DNA of 64,000 bases from positions 26,632,150 through 26,696,149 of the forward strand of contig NC_134026.1 in the NCBI RefSeq assembly GCF_964204645.1, read 5' to 3'. The notes under the pieces were generated by a model that saw only the letters and a list, made by a program, of their open reading frames with translations, did no database searches and was not told the origin of the DNA. The stretch is from Tubulanus polymorphus (Eukaryota; Animalia; Nemertea). This document shows, in pieces, positions 42,851 through 53,515 of the stretch (within the stretch, counting starts at the first letter, position 1; the number at the start of each line of letters is the position of its first letter). The translations under genes were made by a program, and so were the position numbers.

Positions 42851-45509
42851 ATGGCGGCTTTCGAAAATTTGAGAAAAAGTATTTGGCATGCTTTTAACGC
42901 ACTTGAGGACAGTACGGAGGGATGTGTGTTAAAATCGCAGTTGAAGGTACCACTCTGTAAATTATCTTAACGCAATATTCGAGGAAATCAATGACTGACA
43001 TTGAGCCATTACGGACTGGTAACGTGAAATGTTACCCCCCGGTCAAGTCAGTCAATTAAATTCAATTATTTTATTGATCCGCTATTACATATACTTCATG
43101 TTATAATGGATACGATTTTACTTATTAGATTACCTTTTCAGGTTCTTACACACAATATTGGCAACATTCTTAAAGTTGCGCATTTGAAACCAGAAACAAA
43201 ATTGGAGGAATTTAGTAAAGTCTCAAAAATTTCATTTGAAGATTATGTAGACTTCCTGAATGTGACAGTTTTCAACCAAGTTGATAACACTAACAGTGAT
43301 TTAAAGCAAGCACAATCAAAAGTCAATGATATTTGTTGGATGGTTTGTGCTGCAAAATTTACGAAAAAACTCATCTCTGATGAAAATGCATTCAAATTGT
43401 GGCAAATATTCAATTATTTTGTGGAACTTGATGATGAAGGAGTCGCCAAAATTCCGCTTGCAATGGATTTTGAAGAAGTTGAGCTACTATTGAAAAAACT
43501 GAATACAGTTTTTGGACGACCATGGGAAAGTGAAGCTTTAGATCGAATGAAAACAAAATCTGAGCTTAACAAGAATGAATTTGATTTGCCTCTTTGTGGC
43601 TTCCAAACATTGCTAACAATTATGGAGTTTGCGTATTTAGCTGATCTAGATGATGCGGATATCACCGAAATGTTTGATGAACTTCATGAGGAGATAGTCG
43701 GAGGAGTTGTTATGAAGGTGAAAGTTAAAACTGCTCGAAAACGATCCATTCTTAACAGTTACTTACGACAACTTCGTCGTCATTCATTTTCTCATTGTCT
43801 TCCAGGGACAACTTTCAAAGAAAGGAGAAAAACGAACTACGTGGAAAACCCGTTGGTTCATTCTTAAACCAGATTCAATGAAATATTATGTGAGTAGAGA
43901 TTTGAGCACATACAAAGGAGAAATAGCTATTCCAGAATGTCAAAGTATTGAGGTATGTTTCTTTCACTAGGCCTATTTGAAATATTAGGATGAGTATAAT
44001 AGAAATAACTTTTAAAAGATTTTTGTATTGTTTTTTCAGTCCATCAGTGAGAAAGTTGGTGATAAGAAATTGAATCGATTTTGTATTACGTGTGGCAACC
44101 GAAAATATGAACTAATGGCCACGGATCTGAAAACAAGAAATGCATGGATAACTGGTAAATTCACTCAAACAGACTGAGACTATACATCAGCAGGGAGGCC
44201 ACTAATATGGAAATCAGGGAATAGTCGGGGAGGTTTCCTTTCTTAAAAAAAGTCAGAAAATAGTCGGGGCATTTTGTTTAAAAAAATAACATGCATGTCA
44301 TGGAATAGTCAGCGAAAAAAGAAAGTCAAATAAATGTGGCCACCCTGATCAGACGTGCCTTCTATGTCTTCTTTACAAATAATGCTGATTGATATTTTCA
44401 GCTCTCAAAGAAGTGCGAAAGTACTTTGTTCGAGACAAAACATTGCAGCAATGCTTGTTTGAAAAACGTAGACTCGAAAGATTAGAAAAACGGCTAAGGT
44501 TGAGGGATGAAGAACAAGCCAAGTTGAATATGGAGAAACAATTACATGAACAAAGAAGAGATCTTGAAGCAGAAAAAGAGGTGAACAACTTCAATCCATC
44601 CTCTCTGATTTAGGAGATGTTGCTTATAAAACTTCAACAGTTATTTCCTTAATTTTATTTTAGGCTCGAGTCAAAGCCGAGGATGAACTTAAAGAAGAAG
44701 CTGCACAGCGTGAATTAGAATCAGAGAAACGCAAAGAATTAGAAGAAATCAAGAATGAACTGGAGCTATTGTTGGAAGAAGAACGACAGGCTAAGCGAGA
44801 TGAAGAAATCGTGCGTAATCTTCAGGCCAGGTTAGTGAAAATATTATCAGTCACTTGATTTGTTAGTCATTCAGGATTTGTTTGAGTAATAAGTGTATAC
44901 ACATATGTTCTGATATCTTTCAGGATATTGAAAGAGGAAGTAGAAGCCAGAGAAGCTCTCGAAAAACTGAAAGCTGAACAAGACGAGCAAATTTTATCAG
45001 AAAAGTCAAAAAGGGAAGAATTGGAGCAATTAAAAGAAGAACAGGAACTCGCTTTACAATTAGAACGTGATAGATTACAGAAACTGGAATCCGAAAGAAA
45101 GGAAGCTGAAGAAAAATTAAAGGTAATGATTCAGAACGTGACAAATGATCTATTAATTCAAGACACGAACGTCGCGAGTATGGTTTAGACCACGATATGA
45201 ATGAAATATACTTCATTCTTGCAGGAAGCTGCTGAGAAGTTACTCGAAGCAAACAAAGCAAAACAGTCTATGCAAGCCAAGTTTAAGAGAGTGAACAATG
45301 ATAATTTCAAGCTACCTATCTTCTCTCATCGTGGTTATACAGCTTTAGTAGATGCTGATCACAAAATCAAACAATACAAGCAACGTAAGCTGTCAACTGA
45401 TGAACTTCCATGTGATAATCAAACGGAAAAAGCCGAACCAGCTGAGAAATCCATTCCTGAACAAATGACTTCCAATGCCGATGATAATGTCAATAATAAT
45501 AGTAATTAA
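42851..45509 (+). CDS. SWAP70: SWAP70/DEF6 family protein (EF-hand-like N-terminus, PH domain, coiled coil)
   Basis: MAAFENLRKSIWHAFNALE..KSQLK|VLTHNIG; ICWMVC, AFKLWQIFN; PH start GQLSKKGEKRTTWKTRWFILKP; coiled coil ERQAKRDEEIVRNLQARIL. Eight coding exons; AATAAA at ~46420. Could be a SWAP70/DEF6 co-orthologue. Confidence 0.88.
44191..44347. mobile_element. 157-bp MITE (hAT5-like, 5-bp TSD) in a SWAP70 intron
   Basis: TIRs CAGGGAGGCCAC / GTGGCCACCCTG (11/12); ATCAG directly on both sides; internal AATAGTCGGGG/AAAGTCA-type subterminal repeats. Confidence 0.72.
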
Positions 45510-46533
45510 GTGGAAAACTGAATGTAAGTTATTTAAAAGTAATGTTAGTAGATATCTATATGCATATATTCTTTTCTAGAAAAAAATATTTTTTAGCGTA
45601 GCAACAATGAGCGCTTTGTAAATCCCATTTTATGCCAAAATGTTTTGTCTTTTTGGGATTTTATCTGAATGGTAGAAAAGGAAATCAAACTTTGCCCACA
45701 TAATTAAGAAGGTCATCCAGGAGCCTATATTGACAAGACAGCCGATGAAAAGGTTATTTACCATGAAATATGCGAATCGGACTTATGTTATTAGCATAGC
45801 CCAATTCTTGCTCTTATCTGATAGAATTTCTAAGGTCACCTTTTAAATCTTGTTTGCTGTACTATATTCTTGCTTTAAACATTACAGTATCTGCATACTT
45901 TCATATACTGGTACATGTAGAGATAATAGAATTCAAATTTATGTCTGTTTGATAATGTTGTTTTGTACATGAATATTTTTAAATCAGCCATTTATCTTAG
46001 AGTGGCTAAATGACGCTTTTCATTATAGGTTTATGTGATTATCATACTGATTATTATGATTGTGATATTGAATGACAGTCCATATGTACCGGGTAGATTA
46101 AAACAAATAATGGTGCTGCACCAGGAAGAGATTTGATTCATTTCTACTGGAACCAAAATTTTCGAACAGGATCCAAAATGAGTCATGGTACATCAAGGAT
46201 ATTTTTGCTGAAAAATGTAAAATATGTATTTGTTTTCCTAGAAAAGATAATTAGGATCTTATCCAATGTAGAAAGTTTGATGTAAATATATGAATTATTG
46301 ATATACAAGATATTTTGCATAATTTGATTTATAGATTTATAAGCACAAATTGTAAGTTGTAAGTAATTTTTATAGACTGATTTGTATATTTATGCAATGT
46401 TATAGCCAATTAATATTTTAATAAAGTTTTATACTGCTAAGGGGTTTTCATCATTCTGGAGTTTTGCTCAAAAATAGAATATCGTTACCGGTACCTAGAA
46501 AAATGTATGGAAATATCATTCAAAATTTAGGAC

Positions 46534-46790
46534 GGATTCATAGTATCATAGTTTATGAGAATTGGGCGCCACAGTTAAGTCCGTATTGTCCATTCATGGA
46601 AACATCCCGGAAAATATGCGCGATTGTTTTAGTTCTCAGAAATTCCGCTATCGTTATTCATAGGGGCAGCACTGAACGGCTGAGATCTAGCCGAGCCTCT
46701 CTTTTTTACTGTGGCATGCGAGGAATACAGATCTGATTTTATTCCATCTTCACCCGTCAAGGGATTCGAACCCACTACGCTAAAGCTGTT
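46534..46790 (-). mobile_element. Possible tRNA-derived SINE fragment
   Basis: B-box/T-arm GTGGGTTCGAATCCC (46761-46775, minus) at the 5' end, a GC-richer body and a short ACTATGA tandem tail at ~46534-46552. The A-box region appears disrupted by the neighbouring foldback element. Confidence 0.4.
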
Positions 46791-46801
46791 CCCCGAACCC
46801 C

Positions 46802-47140
46802 CATCCTCCCCCGGCAGGGATTCGAACCTGATGGCATCGAGATTGCCACGGCACGAAACCCTGCCATAATCGACCGTGTGCGCAGATACATGCGCAGTTC
46901 AGATAATGTGATTTTTAGCCAATCAGAAATCCCGTTTTATTTTAGCCCAGGTTTTCCCATTTATAGTTCTTCCTTGAAATTTGCCTCAACGATTATACAA
47001 CGAGCAATCTGATTGGTGCCGCCAGTTTTCGTTCGGAAAGCTGCGCATGTACCTGCGCACCCGGTCTACTGATGCAGGGTTTCGTGCCGTGGCTGAGTGT
47101 AGCGATGCCATCAGGTTCGAGTCCCTGCAGAGGGAGGATG
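46802..47140. mobile_element. Foldback/MITE-like element with ~125-bp imperfect terminal inverted repeats
   Basis: Arms ~46802-46927 and ~47008-47140 share CATCCTCCC..GCAGGGA(T/C)TCGAACCTGATGGCATCG..GCCACGGCACGAAACCCTGC..TGCGCAG.TACATGCGCAG..CCAATCAGA. Flanks CGAACCCC / CGACCCC look like a decayed 7-8-bp TSD. Confidence 0.75.
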
Positions 47141-48498
47141 CGACCCCTTGACCTCACGAGTCGTTGGAGTCGTTACTAGCCGACCAGAATCCGGTCGTAC
47201 CAATCACAGCACTTGTAACAAACCGTCAGTAGACTTCTGTTGGTTTTCCCGTTAAATTGACCGATCAGCAAACGTTTTACCGAACAAGGAAGTATTTCGC
47301 AAATCGATATATGACGTCACGCGCAACAGCGGGCTCGGGAGTGATACCGGACCCCTGGCAAGCGAGGATGATTTTATTCACCATTCAACACAAGTTGTTT
47401 AGAATCAATAATTGTATCAATTTTAAAGCACTAGAATGCTACACACCTTGAGAGAACCTTTTAGATCAATCAAACACAATAAATGATGCATGTTTTACTT
47501 GGATTTATTTATTCATGTTTAATAACTAAAATAAGGTAAAAATTTCTTGTTAGAAGCAAAAATAGTTATAACAGCAGATAATTAATTGTACAACAGCATT
47601 AAATCTAACTTTCATACTCTATTCACATAATTATAAAGATTGGTTTTTTATTAATCCTATAATAACTATAATAATTTGATTCATCTCTGATTTCTAGCAC
47701 ATTATTATCTGGCATTCATTAGATTAATGTAACAAACTTTTTGTTCAAAGATCTAACAATGTATTTCTTGACAGTGAATCTAAAGATCAATTAATCACAA
47801 GACATTATGCTTCCAAATTGAGAAATAAAAGCAAAATATTCTAGAATTTAAATTTAAAAAACAAATTGCAGTTATCATTAGCACCAGGTTTAACAAAAAT
47901 GAAACAGCTTTCTGGTTAAACTCTTTATCGATTTAGAAAAATATAAATAAAATCTAACAAAACGTTTATCAACTTGTGAGCAGCATTCAATTAATACAAT
48001 TCAAACATCTTATGAGATTCAGCTTTAGATAGAAAATTAATATAAATATAATACAATTTTATCCGAGTAAAGCAGATGAAGCTTCTTCTTCTAGCCACGA
48101 GACATTACCTCCTTTTTGATTTTTAAGAGTCCATTCACTAAGTTAACAGTTTCTAGATACTCATATGCGTCTTTAACAAACAAAAATTTACCAACGTAGA
48201 TTTTTCAGCATCGTAAAATAACAAGAAACAAAATCACTTGAATAATTAAACTAATTGGATCATGTTCATCGCAAATTCACCAAGAGCATGATAACCAAAC
48301 GCAAAATATATGGGTTCTAATTCCACATAGAACTGTGCTTTAAGTACCGATTATTCTTTATAGATGTCATAGATTTTTTGATAGAGCATCAGCAGGCGAT
48401 CTGTGTCCCTAATGATTGTTTCTATCACATCATGTATGATGATAAAACGTAGACTAGATTTAACAATATAATAAATTTGAGCAGTTGATACAGAGATG

Positions 48499-48740
48499 TC
48501 AAGACAACAAAACTCTCCAGTCATAATGTCTGTTGATACCGTTAGCAAATCCTGCAGAAGGCGGCTCATTAATAAGCCATTTTTTACATGATTTATCCTC
48601 TTTGATAACTGCCATAGCAGTGTAAGGTATGCGTTTATTGATGCTTTGGAATTTTTCCTTTGGTCTAGGCGGCTTCCCTAACAATTGCCTTGTACATGTT
48701 TCCACAGTGCCTGCATGACCAATGAACAAAATGGTGCCAT
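48499..48740 (-). CDS. UBASH3 alternative terminal exon B (distal)
   Basis: TTTTTGTAG acceptor, phase 1; [26 protein letters not shown]...HYDWRVLLS*. Confidence 0.88.
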
Positions 48741-51700
48741 CTACAAAAACACAGAATATGATGAAACACAATGTCAATCACAAAAAATTTACAATTACTG
48801 CTTACAAATGAAAAGCTTTTATGCTTATCTCATAAAAAGAGAATTTCATCTTTATAATTACATGTCATTTATCTAAATTATTGCAACAAGCAGTACAATA
48901 ATCAAGATATAACTTCGACCTATCTAAGAAAAATTTGTAAAATAAATCATTAGACTTTCAACACTTCTGCAACAGTATATAATATATACAAAATATTTTT
49001 GTATTATGATGTATATAATATAAATTCCTGGTAAGTCTTAAAATTTCTGACTAAAACAACAACTGCCAATCATAGTAGGCATTAAAACTATTTTGGAAAC
49101 AAGGAATAGGTGGCTGCACCAGATCCCAGTGTGATAAATCTTCAGTTTCCTTTATCGTTGCCATGGAACAATAAGGAATGTGCATTAAGAGTTTTTGAAA
49201 ATGACTGCTTGGTCGCGGAGGTTTGTTGAGTATTTGTCTAGAGCAGACGTCTAATGTTGCTGCGTGTCCGACCAGTAACACATTTCCACCTACCATAAAA
49301 ACATGCATCATTTATAGATTCTCACGTTAATCATTTAAATTTACTTGTTCAGCCATTGACTAAGTAGATACCAGAGAAATAACTTAATATAAAGAAAGGA
49401 AACTAAAACTGATAGGAAATGAAAGATCTTTGGAGTGAATACTCACTATTTTTATGATATTTTTCCAAAATGAGTTCAGTGGTTAGATGACAGCGGTTGT
49501 AGTACATTTCAATATTTTCATAAATGTCGAATTGGGAATCATCCCACACCGGCTCGTACGAACGATTCACCTTGAAACCGTTATCCATTAATTCATCAAG
49601 TGTGAGAAACTCTGGTATTGTTGGTTTATACCAGCCTAACCATTCAAACAAACCGGGCTCAACTCTAAGCGGGAGATCAGTTGCGCCATAACCTGAAATG
49701 TAGAGTCAATTAAACTTCATGAGCAACAACTATTAACCCAGGGACAATAAAATTCACTGGGTACTGCTCTTGACTAATAACTGCCAGTCTCAGTTACTCA
49801 CCTTCTAGAAATTTAGCAGATGTTTCAATGCAGCGTAATGAAGGAGAAGTGTAAATACAGTCGATCTTGATACCGATGTGTTTCATGTATTCACCTGTAT
49901 TCAATGCCTGGAATTTACCGAGTTCAGTTAATGGGCAATCTCGACTGAAATTAGCAGCTCCTCCGTGACGTTTCGGAAGTGTCTTAGGAAGATTTAAGTT
50001 TGTTCGTACGTATTTCCCTGGTAAACAATAATAACCAGATAGATGAATTACACAATACTGGTTCAAAATTATGAAATGTTAAATAGCGTGTATCAAGATT
50101 TACCATTTCGATCGAAACTCCAGTTCATCCAGTTACTGAACGTAAAATCAACTCTTTCACCATGACGCATTATATACACTGTTCTCGGTTTCCTTTTGCC
50201 TTTATCCACCTATACTCATAAATAGGATACAAATCAATGTTTAAAACTTCAATATTAATCAACACATGGCTGAATAATCTACCTGAGAATATATAGGAGT
50301 ATTATCACAGTTTGAAGCACTTGATCCGCCTATTAAAGGAATTGATCTGAAAAAAAGTGAATAATAGATTTGTGAAAATAGAAAAAGAATTACCAGGTAT
50401 CAGTTGGAAATGAAAATAAGCCACTCACTTATGTAGAATCCAGGTGTCAGTTTCTGGAGCTCTTACTGTGTAAGGAAGTGGGAATTTTGCAGTGACACCA
50501 GTTCGCCAAGACGTGCCTATACGCCAGTCACCCATCGGAGTCGCATCTTCTGATACAAATATATAGTCATTTGGTTCTAAATCTAATTCTCCGGGGCATC
50601 TTGAAGTGTGCTGTGTTGTAACTTTGTACGTCTGAAATGACAGAATCAACAAAACTTAAGTACATTGAGACAGCTACTAGTACTGAAGCTACATTTAACA
50701 AAAAGCGCAAATGCCTTACATTACAATTTTTACTTCTAGCATCCCGGGAATATAGTCTGAGATCCCATCTGACATCCCCTGCAAGGTCAATTTGTTTGGC
50801 CATAGTTGTTAATTTTGTTACATCAGCTTTCTGGTCCGACAAAAACTTGTATGCTAATGACAAATGATGCTCTTTCTTGTACACTGGCACAGCTATTCCT
50901 GCCATGAGAAAGTAGAAAATTAGATCTAATTCAAAATTGCTAGCGGCAAAAGAAAATGTAATTACAAGAAGAAACTGACCATGTTTTCTGGCTTGTTCTG
51001 AAAACGTCATAATAAGCTCTTTCGCAAAAGGCACAGTTTCCTCATTCATAAATAAACCAATGAAATTGTCCGAATTGAAGAAGTCCAATTTCAAAACTTT
51101 CGGGATGTTTTTCACTGTTTTGCAAGTATCTTCCATTGCTGAACACAAAAGTTCTATTGCATCATCTTTTACCTAAGAATGCAAACCATGTTCTTGTATC
51201 ATACATCTATAATAACATTTTGAAGATAAAATCGATTATGAATGAAAAAATTAATTGCCTCAAAAAAGGTGGTCATAGTCATATGAGGAAAGTAATTTCG
51301 AGCTTGATTCCAACCGCATTCTTTAAAAGAATTCAACCAAAACTGATCCAATTGATGCTGTAATTCTCCAACCGGACAAAGATATAATATATACTCTCTG
51401 CAAGATTCTAAATCCAGAGTCGGGTCATTCACATGTGAAAGTAGCCTAAAAATCAAGTTATTCAGTGTTGTTAGTTGAATCTCTCGCTGAAAAACCTGTA
51501 ATATCGTAGACTTTGATTTGCAGAGAAAAACTTTATTCATATTGTCACCTCTTCACAGTTGCATGTGAAGCTAAATTAGTTACCAAGTCATCTAACCTAA
51601 CCAGTCTAAAGTAGTTCAACCTCATTTACACTTACCAGTCTGTTGCTACTTGAACTCCTTTATCGGCTGTGGAGGTTATAGCTTTCTGACTGAAAAAGAA

Positions 51701-52379
51701 GAATACAATTTTGTTTCGGTACATGTTGGTATGATATAGCTCTTTCAGTAGCTCATTTGGTACACCGAGGAAGTACCGTAAAAGCGCAGTCATGACACAG
51801 TTGTCAGTCCAAGACAAGACTTGATCTGGAGGAGGACAGCGGGATTGGAAAACCCCAACAAGGCAAACACGAAATCCATGTCACGTACAGAAAACGAATC
51901 GAATGAAATTGTACCTAAACCTTCACTATCTTCTCACTTTACTCAGACTACGGTTCGTACTAAACAGTATACTACCACTGACTAAAATCAATGGAACTTG
52001 AATTTGAAAGCAATCCCAAAAACGGGTCCTCCTTATCATCATCGAGATGACGTAATTTACGGAGATGACATGAAATATAACATATTTATTTATTCCTTAT
52101 CAATTTTAACACTTGAAATCATATTATATCATTAATAAATGCCTGCTCTGCTGGGGTCATATTTTACATATTTTGTCGGATCAAGGCAATATCAAAATCG
52201 CCCAAAAATTTTGGGTGAATATCTTTTGAGTATGGATTAGGACCTATATTATGGAAATAAAAAAGTACTAACGCTCGATTCCTGGCAAATCCCATCTGTA
52301 ACAGCAACTCAAACGAGCTCTTTTTACCAGAGTTAGGTAGCTTTACAACAGCAGCATCCTGCTTCCAAGATAACGCCAT
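48499..52379 (-). CDS. UBASH3B: UBASH3/Sts-1 family protein (UBA, 2H-phosphoesterase, SH3, histidine phosphatase); ecdysteroid-phosphate-phosphatase-like
   Basis: [29 protein letters not shown]; [13 protein letters not shown] and HLSLAY 2H motifs; SH3 [19 protein letters not shown]; phosphatase RHGERVD, DCPLT, SPSLRC, EPGLFEW. Two alternative last exons. Probably co-orthologous to UBASH3A/B. Confidence 0.9.
49051..49289 (-). CDS. UBASH3 alternative terminal exon A (proximal)
   Basis: TTTTATGGTAG acceptor, phase 1; [26 protein letters not shown]...YYDWQLLF*. Confidence 0.88.
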
Positions 52380-52428
52380 TTTTTACACTCCGCTAAACTG
52401 AGTAATCGGATTATAATCCGCGTTTTAC

Positions 52429-53431
52429 TATGGAAGCCCTGAGACGACATTGCCAGTTGCTAGTTGCCAGTTGCCAAATGCTTCTTGTTTGCTAGCTTTG
52501 GTTGCTTGCTTGAGTACGTATTCTGTCTTCGAAAAGATAGGCTCAAATCAATTTTTTCCCTTACCAATCCATAAACAAACATTTACATGTTAACGCCATT
52601 AAAATACTTTGGACAAAACAGATACTATTTTAAGACTGAAAACAAGAAAGGAAATTCTATGGACTTTCCTAGATTTACATGGATACCGGTTAATCCACTA
52701 TCAAAATTAAAGAAAGAAATTTGAGTTTCTCAAATTATGAGTGGTAAGCGCAATGAAGTTGTTGGCAGAATTTCCAGAGGATCCACACGCTGCAAGTAAT
52801 CTAAAAACCTAATATGTCTCCACTCAATTGAATAAGAATTTTTATGAATTAAAATATGTCTATTGACGGGGTTTTTGACCCCAGTATCCGCAAGTACATA
52901 AATACCTGTCATTTAGGTATAATTGTTGTTGTGGGATAAAACGACATGTTCATGTCAATTGAACCATTACATGAGTGAAACTCTCGTTTACGCCTATGGT
53001 GGTTGGACTAGTTGTTTTTTTAAGTCCACGTGTTTGAGGAGCTTACATTATAATTCCTCGAGCACTCCTGGCATTTTCTTAATTGTTGTATGAGAATAAA
53101 TATGATTGATTTTAAAATTTGTCATTCGGTTAGTTAAGTTCAACATAGCAAATCCTGGATTGAGGCCTATCGTTTAAGAAAAACAGATTTAATGAAGAAA
53201 TTAAATCGATTTAAGAGTAAAAAACCTTTTTATGAAACTCCTGTGTTTTATTCTTGCAATATACTTCTTTTTTTTAACCGAAAAAATAATCCCATCACCA
53301 ACTGGTCTGCCGACAAGCTTAGATGCGATTATATCAACAGCACACCATACGTTCCGACACTGCACATTGACGCTTTACTCGCAACTGGCAACTACTAAAG
53401 CAACTGGCAAAGTCATCTCAGGGCTTCCATA
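52429..53431. repeat. Inverted ~50-bp repeat pair (52429-52474 and 53381-53431) bracketing the UBASH3-VPS53 intergenic region
   Basis: The left arm on the minus strand reads GCAACTGGCAACTAGCAACTGGCAATGTCGTCTCAGGGCTTCCATA. The right arm on the plus strand reads GCAACTGGCAACTACTAAAGCAACTGGCAAAGTCATCTCAGGGCTTCCATA. Confidence 0.8.
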
Positions 53432-53515
53432 TTTTACAGTATGTGGCCGTGTTTTAGTCCCGAACGCGTTTTACGAAATGTACCGTATTGTGGCGCCCTC
53501 TAAATCTCATCCAAA

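Noticed and set aside
46826-46865. Hammerhead ribozyme call (CTGATG...GAAAC)
   Set aside because: The core is CTGATGG rather than CTGAnGA, stem I is missing and the cleavage triplet is out of register; kept only as an unexplained structure.
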